From Candidatus Magasanikbacteria bacterium RIFOXYC2_FULL_42_28 (GTDB taxonomy: Bacteria; Patescibacteriota; Patescibacteriia; Magasanikbacterales; GWA2-37-8), in contig MFQZ01000010.1 in the NCBI GenBank assembly GCA_001784435.1, positions 169,960 through 233,959 of the forward strand: a stretch of 64,000 bases of DNA, given 5' to 3'. The notes under the pieces are model-generated. The model was not told where the DNA came from. It did not search any database and was given only the letters and a program-made list of their open reading frames with translations. The translations under genes were made by a program, and so were the position numbers. Below are positions 1-9,932 of the stretch, piece after piece (positions within the stretch are counted from its first letter, which is position 1; the number at the start of each line of letters is the position of its first letter).

Positions 1-1715
1 ATGAGACGTGGAAGCAAAGTTTTCGCGGCGATCTATTTGGTGCCGGTCAACAAGCGATAGCATGGAGGATGACTGATACTTTAGGTTACGCAGAGCTTGC
101 CGGATTGGAAAATATTTCTCCAGACAGTTTATCATTTTTCTCTTCTGGTCCTTATGTTGATACAAGTATAGGCGAAAATTATCGCGATTATATTAACTAC
201 GAACCTTCAGTTTGCGCTGATAATGAAACAGACGGCGAAGATGATTGGCACGGAGTAATGGCGTATTTTGACCCGGATGCCAAACAATTAGTTGGTTACT
301 GGATGTATTATTGTGACCATTCTGGCGGTAATGGTCATATATCATATAATATTACAATCAAATTACGCAATTCTTGTCAGGGGGTGGCTGAAACTACTTT
401 TGACGCAACCGGCCGATCGGCCGGTTGGACTGATCGTTTATGGAAACGTAGTGATTTGACGACACAGGAAGGGCTGTCAGGCACTGTCGGATTTAATACT
501 TTATCCGCCCCGTTTGGTAGTATGCGTATAAAATCCGGTATAGATCCGTATGATAGTGCGAGCGTTTTTGGTAATTTAAGTAAATTACCGGTGTATCTGT
601 CACCTTCGTCTGGCGATAGTTTTCATTGTAACCCACTGGTGACTTCAGACCCGCCCGTAGGGTATAACGATTGTGTCTTTAATTATAGTTCAGCTTCTGT
701 GCCTCCGGCTACAGTTGGTTTGGCGTATGATAATATATTAGGTAGTCCATTATCAGGCGATTTGAATTTACGACAGGTTTTTGCTAAACCGTCATCTTAT
801 TATACATATAATTCTGGAAGTAGTTCTAATTATTATAAAGGTTATTCATCGTCAGCTCCTTTGTATAATGAAACTGGTACTGTTGGATCCGTCGATCGCG
901 CCCCCAAAATATATCCGGTAATAAATTGTGAATTGATTAATGGTGTGGAAAAATGTTTAGAAGGCGATATTGCCGGAGTTACCGTTAATAATAAATGGAG
1001 AAGCGGTGAAAATGCGGTAATCAACGCCAATCCGGCCGAAGCGTCTTTGCGTTTTTACGCTTTTGCTGATAGCAACCAAATGCCACTTCGGAGCGTAAGT
1101 ATTAATTGGGATGACGGGTCGCCAGTAGAGGCGCGCGGTTCTGGGTTTTATCGTAATCGGCGCGGGGCAGCAGACGGCGGATGTACTTATGTAAATAATA
1201 TCAGTGGCGTCGCGTCCAATTATTACTGTAGAAGGCCAGGTATATTTAAAAATCTGGACAATACTATAAATATTGATGCTCAATCTTTGGTAAGTGGGAG
1301 CGAAGGATGTGACAGTGACACTGATTGTCGTTATCTTTCTCAGTGTGTGGCCGAAGGCGCGACGCCACAGGATCCATTTGGCCCGCTTGAATTTGGTCGC
1401 ATTTTAAATCGGACCTGCGATAATAAATATTTTGAGTTTACCAATGTTTATGATTGTACGCGCGCTTCGGTTAATTATCGTCCGGCCACTGGTCGTGGTA
1501 CTACCGCTGGCGCGGATATTTGTGATGATAGCAGTATGACCAATGGTTGTTGTGAGTATACTCCCAAAGTTCAAGTTAAAGATAATTGGGGCTGGTGTAA
1601 CGGTGGGTTTTATGATGGTAATGATACTTCCGACGCAAGCGATGATAATTGTGCCATAAGTTCTGGCGCCTGGACACCATTCCGTGGTAAAATTTTAGTG
1701 CCACCCTCGCAATAA
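1..1715 (+). CDS. C-terminal part of a large Cys-rich surface/secreted protein (5'-truncated by window edge)
   Basis: The frame of ORF 69..1715 is already open from position 3 (ETWKQSFRGDLFGAGQQAIAWRMTD). Many Cys/Gly/Asp-rich modules; C-terminus PKVQVKDNWGWCNG...WTPF resembles large Parcubacteria surface proteins. Confidence 0.7.
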   Translation, partial: ETWKQSFRGDLFGAGQQAIAWRMTDTLGYAELAGLENISPDSLSFFSSGPYVDTSIGENYRDYINYEPSVCADNETDGEDDWHGVMAYFDPDAKQLVGYWMYYCDHSGGNGHISYNITIKLRNSCQGVAETTFDATGRSAGWTDRLWKRSDLTTQEGLSGTVGFNTLSAPFGSMRIKSGIDPYDSASVFGNLSKLPVYLSPSSGDSFHCNPLVTSDPPVGYNDCVFNYSSASVPPATVGLAYDNILGSPLSGDLNLRQVFAKPSSYYTYNSGSSSNYYKGYSSSAPLYNETGTVGSVDRAPKIYPVINCELINGVEKCLEGDIAGVTVNNKWRSGENAVINANPAEASLRFYAFADSNQMPLRSVSINWDDGSPVEARGSGFYRNRRGAADGGCTYVNNISGVASNYYCRRPGIFKNLDNTINIDAQSLVSGSEGCDSDTDCRYLSQCVAEGATPQDPFGPLEFGRILNRTCDNKYFEFTNVYDCTRASVNYRPATGRGTTAGADICDDSSMTNGCCEYTPKVQVKDNWGWCNGGFYDGNDTSDASDDNCAISSGAWTPFRGKILVPPSQ

Positions 1716-1883
1716 CCAATTTTATTTAATCACCAAAATCTGCTATAATTACTAAGGTTGAACCAATGAAATTTTAATTTCATTGGCGAGACCTGACGTA
1801 ATTTCAAGCTACGCTTACAATACCCGCATGTTTAAGAGCTTATCATCAAAATTAAAATTCACTTAAATCACAGAAATATTTTT

Positions 1884-2273
1884 ATGCCCGAAGAAATTAT
1901 CACCACTAACGAAATTATGGATTTTTTGCGCGAAAATATGGTGATGCGCAAAGATTTTGATGGGTTGAAATCCGATTTTGAAATTGTTAAATCCGATGTG
2001 GCCATCTTGAAATCCGATGTGGCCACGCTTAAATCAGATGTGGCCATCTTGAAATCCGATGTCGCTGAATTGAAAGACAGTATTCGTGAAATAAATTCAC
2101 GTCTCGATCATATTGACAGTGAAATTACCGCAATAAAATCACGTTTAGACGCTTTAGAAAAATCAACTTTTGAAGACGCCAATGTTTATGCCAGCGATAT
2201 TTTGTTGTTAAAAAATAAAATGGCGTCATTAGAACAGCAGTTGGCGCGTCTGCAGGCGCAAGTAGCGCGGTAG
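1884..2273 (+). CDS. Small coiled-coil protein with heptad repeats
   Basis: 129 aa with five LKSDVAI-like heptads followed by further heptads. Confidence 0.75.
   Translation: MPEEIITTNEIMDFLRENMVMRKDFDGLKSDFEIVKSDVAILKSDVATLKSDVAILKSDVAELKDSIREINSRLDHIDSEITAIKSRLDALEKSTFEDANVYASDILLLKNKMASLEQQLARLQAQVAR
1965..2069 (+). repeat. 5 x 21-nt coding tandem repeat (ttgaaatccgatgtggccatc consensus)
   Basis: Units start at 1965, 1986, 2007, 2028 and 2049. Confidence 0.9.
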
Positions 2274-2294
2274 GTAGTTGTATTCTATACCATC

Positions 2295-5200
2295 ATGAAA
2301 AGGAATTTATCACAAAAATTAAAATTCGCTTTCGCTTGGCTCGCCCCTCGTCGCAAATGGGGCATACTTAGCGTGTCCGCGCTGGCGGTTTTAATTTTTG
2401 CCGGCGTTATCCTTACCACCACTCCGGCCGCGGCGGATGTTCTGGATTATGTTAATCGGGCATTTGCTTGGATTAATTTTGCTGTTTCTCGGTTGTTTTT
2501 ATCACTCGCTCTCTTTTTGCTTACTTTTGTTATTCAAATTGCCGGCTATAACGGCTATATTGATTCGGTGGCGGTCAATGTCGGTTGGGTGATGGTGCGT
2601 GACTTGGTTAATATGGCGTTTGTAATATTTTTATTGGTTATCGCTTTTGGCACGATTTTGGGATTGGAACAATACGAATGGAAAAAGTTAATGGTCAAAT
2701 TTGTTTTGGCCGCTATTTTAGTGAATTTTTCCCGCGTGATTTGCGGACTGATGATAGACGTGGCGCAGGTGTTTATGACCACCTTTGTCAATGGCATCGC
2801 GGCCACGGCCGGCGGTAATTTGATAACGGCTTTTTCGGCTGACAAATTGTATAAATTTAACCCCGATACCAATGGCACCGAAATTAACGATACCGAGTCC
2901 TTTATCGCGAGCATCGCGGCGGTGATGTTCGCCGGCATGATGATGATGACGATGTTTGCCATCGCGGTGATGTTACTCGCGCGTTTGGTCGTGCTGTGGG
3001 TGTTGATTGTTTTGTCGCCCATGGCTTTTGCCTTAAATGTTATCCCCAAAACCGAAAAATACGCCCAAGAATGGTGGCAAGAATTTGGTCAAAATTTAGT
3101 CGCCGGTCCGATTTTAATATTTTTTATCTGGTTATCATTGGTAACCGTGGGCGGGGGCGATGTGGCCAAAGAAATTAGCGCGAACAATGTTGTTAAACAA
3201 GATAACAGCCAACAGCCCAAATCCGGCATTTCTGAAGTAATGGAATGGGAAAACATGGCCAGTTTCGCGATTGCCATCGGGATGTTGCTTGTCGGCGCGA
3301 AAATTACCCAGCAAATGTCCCCGCAAGGTGGACAGTTTGTCGGCAAAGCAGCGGAATTTGGGAAGAAGGTGGCAATGGTGGCGGCCGGAGCGACGACTGC
3401 GAAATGGGGGCTGAAAGCCGGTAAGGCAGCGGGTAAATTTGCTTTAATGGAAATACCTTATGGCGGAAATTTTTGGAAAGCGAAAGCAAAAACTGAATGG
3501 GAAAGCGCGAAAACCGCGATGTATGGTAAGGCCGCCGGTATAACCAAGGAAAGTACGGAATTGAATAATGCTGCTGGGGAAAAGCGAGAAAAAGCACAAT
3601 CATTGCGACAACTTGCGAAAACGGAGACCAATGACGTTAAGAAAAAGAAGTATGAAGAAGCAGCTGCTCTTGCTGAGAAAGAAATGGAAGATCTAGAAGC
3701 TCGGGCGCAAGAAGCAATGGCGCCGAGTCGTTTAAGCAAGCGCGGCAAGGCATTAAAGGCGCAAGCTGCCGCGAAGAAAAAAGAGTCCGAAGATTTGCGA
3801 CAACGGGCCGCGACGGCCACAACACCGGAAGCGCAAGCTGATTTGGAAGTCCAAGCCAAAGTCGCTGATACCGAAGCGACTGAATTGCGACGACAACAAG
3901 AAGAAGAAACCACTCGCGGTGGTGGCGGGATTGTTGGGGCAATAGTTAGACAACGCATCGGCTACATGAAGCAATTAAAAAAATCTGAAGGGCAAAGAGA
4001 AATTCGAGAGAAATTAGCTTTTAAAAGGGCATCTGGTGATTCCGGCGGCTGGATTTTTAATCGGTCGGATGGTCAAGTAAAAGATGCTTATCGTTACGAA
4101 AAAGGCATGTTGGAAGTTGAGGAAATGCGCAGTTCGGCCAAAGACAAAGAATATTCCGCGATTGGTAAATCCGGCGCGTTGGGTATGCGTCGCTATCGTG
4201 ATGGCCGTTTTTTGCCGGGTGCTACTATGGCCGAACAGATCGCTAAACATGGCCGTGGTAGCGCGAGAATGGAAAGTGTTTCCAAAACCATTCAAGCGGC
4301 GACCGAGCTAAAGATTGATTTGGCAGCCAAAGCGAAAATTGATGAAGTTGATGTCGCCAAAGCGGCCTTGGATGTTGGTTTGCAAACAACAGCAGAAAAA
4401 GAATTATTAGCGAAAAAAGCGCAAGCCGAAGAAGACGCGAAGACCGCTCAAGAAAGAATAGAAGCGGAATTCGCGCCGGCGATAACAGCGGCGCAGGTGG
4501 CTATTAATGATCCAAAAGCTGAGTTTAATAAAGATGTGGCAAAAGCGGAGGATGATTTAGTAGATTATAGAAAAAATAAAAAGGTAAACGATATATTGAC
4601 GACTGATGAGCAAACAAGGCAAGCTAATTTGGATAAAGAAGCGGCCGATTTGCAGACTGTTATCCAGAATAGTGAGCTTGCGATGCAAGAAGCATTTAAG
4701 AAATACCAGGAAGAACGTCGGGGAATAACTGACGCAGATGCGTTAAAAACAGCAGATGAAAAATTCAAAACAGACCATGGGAAAAGACAGAAAGAGGTTA
4801 ATGACAAAAAGAATGAACTAGAACAATTAGGTTCAAGGAGAAATAAGACAGCGGCAGAAGAAAAACTTGAGAAAAATTTAGAAGATGCTAAAACTGCCAG
4901 AGAGGCAAAAGGTGCCGAAAATGGGTATGATACTGTAAAAAAAGCTTTGGTAGATAAAGAAACAGAAAAACAAGAAAAATTTGAAAAAGCCAGGACCGGA
5001 ATAGTTGCTGCCCAAAAAGCGATCGATGCTTACACCAAAAAAGATCCAACAACAAAGAAGAGTATCCAAGATACTGACCGTGAAGCAGAATTTAAAGCCG
5101 ACCCGACCACCGGCTCTAAAGATTTTGCGACCAGAGAGGCCGAAGTAAAAGCTAGAAAAGCGGCTTTGGAAGCCAGTTTAAATACTGTTCCCGGCGCCGG

Positions 5201-7058
5201 TGATTTTATGGCCGCGGAACGCGCTACGGCAATGGAAGAACATGCCCACGCTGGTAAATTATCCATGCAAGGCGCGGCTTGGGGGTTAAAGGCAATGCAC
5301 GATGTGTTAACGGCGATTGATTTGGGCGAGCAAGGGAAAAAAGCCGGTGAAGAATTTATTAAAACTATCAAAGATAACCATTTAGCTAACTCTTTTAAAG
5401 CCGCGCGCAAAGAAATTGACGCGGTTATCGATAACTGGAAAAAAGCCGGAACCGGACAAATTAAATTTTTGGATGAAGAGGTGCGCCGTTTGAGTGCGCG
5501 CAATGCTTTTGTGGCCGCTTTGAATTATTCTGAAAAAAGCAAGATCACGGCTAAAGATAAAAACATGCGCGAAGCTCAAGCCGCTGATGTGGCTTCTAAC
5601 GCGGTTGTCAATATTCGCAAAGGCCGAGAATTACCGTCCGAAGCGATTGACGCGCTATATGAGGCCGAAGCCAAAGAATTAAGCGGTATGGAACGCGCGG
5701 ACGCGTCGGCCGCGGCCGCGGACACGATGTTTTATTTAATGGCGCAAAAAGAAGCCGGCCATGAATTATCGGCCGATGAAAAATCTTCGATTATGGGCGC
5801 GTGGACTAAGGTAGATTCAGAATCGTGGAATGATGATTTTGCGGATTATTTTATTCGTATGGTGGGTAGACACGAAAGTGGTGACAAGACCCTGACCGGT
5901 CAAAAAAAGGCCATTGCCGAACAGATGGCTAAATTTGCCAAAGATGCTAATTTGAAGTTTGAAAATGAAGTTGTTAATGGTGTAGAAACCGGCAGGAAAA
6001 AATTTGCCGGCGCGTATAATCGCGAAATGTCATCAATGTGGCAGACACTGGCCGCTACCGGTGGCGATACCAAATTATGGAACGCTCATAATGCCATTAA
6101 TCAAGAAGAAAAAGAAATGGGTAGCACCAAGTTTGATAGCAGTGGTGGCTATTGGGGGGCGGCCGAAAGATTGGCCGCGCGGGGTCAACTGGGTGGTTAT
6201 AGTTCAGTGGCTGAAATGGAAGCGGCTTATGGCCAAAATCAAGATGGTCTTAAATTTGCCGCTCGCAAATTTAAAGCCAATGGTATTGGCAATGGGCATT
6301 GGGAGTCGGTATTAAACCAAGAGTTTGATGATAGAAAAGGTATTTATCGGATTAATACCTTAAATACCGCTCAAGGCGGTTCAATTACGGAGATGGGTAA
6401 ACGCACCTTGAACGAATTACTGAAATTTCAGAATCATTCTGCCGGTGATTTTGATTTGACTACCGGGCTGATGCGCTCAATTGATTCTAATTTGTTCGGC
6501 GCGCTTACTGCCCAGATGAAAACTGAAAATGATGTTAAGTTTATGAATTTTCGTTCCATTATTAAATTGTTGGGTGGTCATGAATCTGAAACCGAACTGC
6601 GCACTTCCCGAGGCGGTAAAGATGGTGCTGATACCTATTATCATTTGGGCGGTGAAAAAATGTTGGGCACATTTATCGATAGGTTTGGAGATACCATGGA
6701 AGCGCGAGATAAAATGGATGAGCACCTGTTGGAGAATTTTATGGTTAAGGAGTTGTTGGGGAATAAAAGCGCGACGATGTTACTTTTACAGCGTACAATG
6801 AAATTGAATGATGATGACACAGCGCATGGAAATTTTAGAATTAAATTTGACGGTTCCATTGGTGAAGTTCAAGGTATTGAGGAATTAGTTAAAAAAGTAG
6901 AGGCGTTAAAAGCACAGGGTCGTCTTACTAGTGTTACTCCGGCAATGTTAAAACAGCTTCAAGATATGTTACCAGATTTTAAATCCGGTGTCATTGCCCA
7001 ATCAGGAGATCGTGGTGGCAAGAAAGACAAGAGTGACTCCACTGATTTTGGCGGATAA
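2295..7058 (+). CDS. VirB6/TrbL-like polytopic membrane protein with very long charged helical C-terminal extension
   Basis: N-terminal ~340 aa multi-TM region with GWVMVRDLVN, AILVNFSRVICGLMID and R.VVLWVLIVLSPMAF...WW motifs typical of CPR VirB6-like proteins; ~1200 aa Ala/Glu/Lys-rich tail; lies upstream of prgI/virB4. Confidence 0.75.
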   Translation: MKRNLSQKLKFAFAWLAPRRKWGILSVSALAVLIFAGVILTTTPAAADVLDYVNRAFAWINFAVSRLFLSLALFLLTFVIQIAGYNGYIDSVAVNVGWVMVRDLVNMAFVIFLLVIAFGTILGLEQYEWKKLMVKFVLAAILVNFSRVICGLMIDVAQVFMTTFVNGIAATAGGNLITAFSADKLYKFNPDTNGTEINDTESFIASIAAVMFAGMMMMTMFAIAVMLLARLVVLWVLIVLSPMAFALNVIPKTEKYAQEWWQEFGQNLVAGPILIFFIWLSLVTVGGGDVAKEISANNVVKQDNSQQPKSGISEVMEWENMASFAIAIGMLLVGAKITQQMSPQGGQFVGKAAEFGKKVAMVAAGATTAKWGLKAGKAAGKFALMEIPYGGNFWKAKAKTEWESAKTAMYGKAAGITKESTELNNAAGEKREKAQSLRQLAKTETNDVKKKKYEEAAALAEKEMEDLEARAQEAMAPSRLSKRGKALKAQAAAKKKESEDLRQRAATATTPEAQADLEVQAKVADTEATELRRQQEEETTRGGGGIVGAIVRQRIGYMKQLKKSEGQREIREKLAFKRASGDSGGWIFNRSDGQVKDAYRYEKGMLEVEEMRSSAKDKEYSAIGKSGALGMRRYRDGRFLPGATMAEQIAKHGRGSARMESVSKTIQAATELKIDLAAKAKIDEVDVAKAALDVGLQTTAEKELLAKKAQAEEDAKTAQERIEAEFAPAITAAQVAINDPKAEFNKDVAKAEDDLVDYRKNKKVNDILTTDEQTRQANLDKEAADLQTVIQNSELAMQEAFKKYQEERRGITDADALKTADEKFKTDHGKRQKEVNDKKNELEQLGSRRNKTAAEEKLEKNLEDAKTAREAKGAENGYDTVKKALVDKETEKQEKFEKARTGIVAAQKAIDAYTKKDPTTKKSIQDTDREAEFKADPTTGSKDFATREAEVKARKAALEASLNTVPGAGDFMAAERATAMEEHAHAGKLSMQGAAWGLKAMHDVLTAIDLGEQGKKAGEEFIKTIKDNHLANSFKAARKEIDAVIDNWKKAGTGQIKFLDEEVRRLSARNAFVAALNYSEKSKITAKDKNMREAQAADVASNAVVNIRKGRELPSEAIDALYEAEAKELSGMERADASAAAADTMFYLMAQKEAGHELSADEKSSIMGAWTKVDSESWNDDFADYFIRMVGRHESGDKTLTGQKKAIAEQMAKFAKDANLKFENEVVNGVETGRKKFAGAYNREMSSMWQTLAATGGDTKLWNAHNAINQEEKEMGSTKFDSSGGYWGAAERLAARGQLGGYSSVAEMEAAYGQNQDGLKFAARKFKANGIGNGHWESVLNQEFDDRKGIYRINTLNTAQGGSITEMGKRTLNELLKFQNHSAGDFDLTTGLMRSIDSNLFGALTAQMKTENDVKFMNFRSIIKLLGGHESETELRTSRGGKDGADTYYHLGGEKMLGTFIDRFGDTMEARDKMDEHLLENFMVKELLGNKSATMLLLQRTMKLNDDDTAHGNFRIKFDGSIGEVQGIEELVKKVEALKAQGRLTSVTPAMLKQLQDMLPDFKSGVIAQSGDRGGKKDKSDSTDFGG

Positions 7059-7085
7059 TAATTTAGATTTCTAGTCAATTTTAGT

Positions 7086-8540
7086 ATGAAAACAAAATTA
7101 TACAATTATCTGTATAATACCGGCGTGCCGATAAATGAGGTGTATACACCTTTATTGGCGTTGGCGAATAAATTTGCTTCGCCGTCGTCGAATAATTTTT
7201 GGCAAACCATTATTACTGTTTCTGATTATATGAAGGCGCGGTACCAAACAGAACAATGGTATCCGGAAAAGATTATTTTTGGTTTAGTAGAGTGGAAAAC
7301 CGCGAGTGATTTAGCCGCGTCTTTGGAGGCGATTGACCGTTTGCTCGCGCGTTCGGGCGTGTCGCTGGTGGACAACACTAAAACACGCGGTAAGTTTATT
7401 GGTTTAGAGTTGAATGATGCCACCTTAAAACATTGGGCCAGCGCTTATGATCTTGCCGATTCGGTTGTTAAAAATCGCGTTGATAGTGAGTTGCCGATAG
7501 CACTATCGCTTTTTGCGCGTCTTAACATTCAATTTCAAACCGTGGGCATGCTCATCAATTTACCGCTTGGCCCGGCTCTTTATTCTAAGGCAGAAGTGAA
7601 TAATTTTGTTAATGTTGGGGGGGCGGACTGTGATTTTGCTCGTTTGGTTTTCACTTTGCGGGAAATGTCAATTACCGATGCTCGCCACGAGGTCTATGTG
7701 ATTGTTAAAGAATTTTTATTAGCCGACCATTGTTTGAATAATGAAAATTTAGAATGGGAACAGGCGGTCTTATTGGTTTGGTCTTTGGGATTTATGTTTA
7801 ATGAATTTGAACGTTTGTCCTCCGAAGACCAGATTTGGTTAATCAATAATTATTATTATCGAGCGTTTGCGATTGGCGTGCCTTTAAAAATAATTTTACA
7901 ATCATACCTTCTATCATCGCGTTGGGTAGTTGAATATGTGCGGAAATGTTCGGCTTTAATTTTAAATATTGAGAATAATTCTGAAAATGTTTATTTTGGC
8001 GGTGAAGAAAATAATTCTGCCTTTGGTTTAATCAGCGCCGAATATCACCGTCGATTAGCGGACAAAATATCCGAGGGGCTGTCGGATCAAACTGTGGCCG
8101 AGGCCTTTGTTGCCGGTTTATTTGGCGGTGGATACGACGAGAGCGCGCCCACGTATTATCATTGGCTACAAGAAGCGTTAATAGTATACGTCGGCTTGAA
8201 AGAATCGACTTTGGTGGATTGGCTGAAAGATGGCGACTCACCGTTAAATTATGAAAATCGCGGAGAGTTGATCAAATTGTTGACTTATTTTGTTTATGGC
8301 GGAGAGTTTGTCAAGTTGGTGGAATATTTCCAAGATAAAAAATCAAAAGTTCCATTTAAAATATTTTTAAATTATATAAAAGACGCTGTTGATTTGTCGG
8401 TTGACGTGATTATTCAGAATTGTCTAGCGTTTGCCGAAGTGATGCGCGACAATGGTTTGCTATCTTCGGACGATGACCTAATCGAATATCACCAGGAGGA
8501 TGGCCAATTTTATTGGAATAAAAAATTGTTAAAACAGTAA
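7086..8540 (+). CDS. Hypothetical protein (paralog of next gene)
   Basis: 484-aa ORF sharing F..LSSE.QI.LI...A..GVPL and EN..E...FG motifs with 8544..9722. Confidence 0.7.
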   Translation: MKTKLYNYLYNTGVPINEVYTPLLALANKFASPSSNNFWQTIITVSDYMKARYQTEQWYPEKIIFGLVEWKTASDLAASLEAIDRLLARSGVSLVDNTKTRGKFIGLELNDATLKHWASAYDLADSVVKNRVDSELPIALSLFARLNIQFQTVGMLINLPLGPALYSKAEVNNFVNVGGADCDFARLVFTLREMSITDARHEVYVIVKEFLLADHCLNNENLEWEQAVLLVWSLGFMFNEFERLSSEDQIWLINNYYYRAFAIGVPLKIILQSYLLSSRWVVEYVRKCSALILNIENNSENVYFGGEENNSAFGLISAEYHRRLADKISEGLSDQTVAEAFVAGLFGGGYDESAPTYYHWLQEALIVYVGLKESTLVDWLKDGDSPLNYENRGELIKLLTYFVYGGEFVKLVEYFQDKKSKVPFKIFLNYIKDAVDLSVDVIIQNCLAFAEVMRDNGLLSSDDDLIEYHQEDGQFYWNKKLLKQ

Positions 8541-8543
8541 ATT

Positions 8544-9722
8544 ATGTCGGCATTTTATTTTTTACAATCATCTAGTCCGGAGACGTGGAAACAACGCGTC
8601 GATTTGTTGATAAGAATTGGGATGATAGCCGACGATTTATTTTTGGGGAAATGGGAGAATGATTCTGTCTGGGGCTGGTCAAAATTTTTAGTAGCTGATT
8701 TGGCAAAATTTAATAAAGAAAAGATTCCGTCTGATTGGCGGTATCAGTCGTTTTTTTACGCGTTGGTTGGTTTTTTGGATTTTTCTCTACTTGAAAAAAT
8801 TACCAATGAGTTGGATAAGTTGGCGCGTATTAAAATTGGCCCGGCATCAAAGGGGGCGACAATCATTAGTACTGTTTCTGAAGAATGGAACGCTTTGGGT
8901 GATTTTTTGGATTTGACACCAGCTGGCGGGGGTATTTTGAGGAACAAAGTAAGCGGATTAACGGCCGTTGAATTAGAAAAATTAACAGCCGATATGCGTG
9001 TGTTAGCGGATGATTATAATGATTTTCGCATTGTTTTTAAATTTGTGGCGACCGCGTTGCTTTATCATATTCCGCCCGTGCCGGCAGTTGATTTGGATGG
9101 TTTTAAATATGCTGTGTCGGTTCAAGCCGAACAGAAAAAAAATGATTTTAGTATTGATCACGGATTGCTTTGCACTAATTTTTTAGGGTGGTCGTTTTTA
9201 AAGCGGGATGAAAAAGTGATGCGTTGGGCCGCGGAATATCTGCGACAGTTTTCCGTCGAATCGATTAAATATGATAGTCCGTTTGATTTGATTTTTTTAA
9301 TTGGTATTTTACATTTAGCTTTTTATAATTTTACCGGATTATCATCTGAAACACAGATTGAGCTGATTAAAAAATTTACTCTGAAAGCGCTCTGTTGGGG
9401 GGTGCCGCTAGACAAAGTGTTGTTATCCAAGTCGGGCGAAGGATTGTCTGTCGCCACCGGCCCAAAAAATACGAGAGCGCTGTTTACTGCTTTAGAAAAT
9501 AGTGAGGAGACAATGAATTTTGGTTCTGATAAAGTTTTAATGAATGTTGGGCAATTTGTTAAGCAATTTTTATTGTCGGCTCATCGTGATTATGGGGGAT
9601 ACGCGCAGACCGAATATGTTGGAGACGCGATCAGAGAAAATCATTGGCCAGATGGCGCGCGTGTTTATTTATTCGCACTTTTAAAATGTTGTTTATATTT
9701 AAAAGCCGGCAGTTCCGCTTGA
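8544..9722 (+). CDS. Hypothetical protein (paralog of previous gene)
   Basis: 392-aa ORF starting 3 nt after the previous stop; shared motifs as above. Confidence 0.7.
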   Translation: MSAFYFLQSSSPETWKQRVDLLIRIGMIADDLFLGKWENDSVWGWSKFLVADLAKFNKEKIPSDWRYQSFFYALVGFLDFSLLEKITNELDKLARIKIGPASKGATIISTVSEEWNALGDFLDLTPAGGGILRNKVSGLTAVELEKLTADMRVLADDYNDFRIVFKFVATALLYHIPPVPAVDLDGFKYAVSVQAEQKKNDFSIDHGLLCTNFLGWSFLKRDEKVMRWAAEYLRQFSVESIKYDSPFDLIFLIGILHLAFYNFTGLSSETQIELIKKFTLKALCWGVPLDKVLLSKSGEGLSVATGPKNTRALFTALENSEETMNFGSDKVLMNVGQFVKQFLLSAHRDYGGYAQTEYVGDAIRENHWPDGARVYLFALLKCCLYLKAGSSA

Positions 9723-9806
9723 AGTCAATTGGTGTTGTATCGCTTTAAAATATGGTAAACAGCAATTAGTCCGCTATTTTATTAAAAAAATCCACCCGCA
9801 CCATTT

Positions 9807-9848
9807 AAAACCTTTTAAGCATCCTTAAAAGGTTTTGTAAAAATAGGG
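9807..9848. repeat. Cassette-leading palindrome, copy 1 (AAAACCTTTTAAG-catc-CTTAAAAGGTTTT + GTAAAAATAGGG)
   Basis: Perfect 13-bp inverted repeat with 4-nt spacer; near-identical to 13072..13116. Confidence 0.9.
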
Positions 9849-9870
9849 TATGGCAGACGCGATTAGATAC

Positions 9871-9899
9871 TTGACAGCGATGTGGTTAAATGTTACAAT
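9871..9899 (+). promoter_or_regulatory. sigma70 promoter of first AAA ATPase
   Basis: TTGACA (9871), 17-bp spacer, TG-n-TACAAT (9894). Confidence 0.7.
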
Positions 9900-9932
9900 A
9901 ATAGGTATATATATACTTATAAATGTAAACTT

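Noticed and set aside
1755-1850. Hairpin CCAATGAAAT-TTTA-ATTTCATTGG after a TG-n-TATAAT as a riboswitch or ncRNA
   Set aside because: A single AT-rich stem with no recognisable family motif; could be an operator or leader, but the evidence is too thin.
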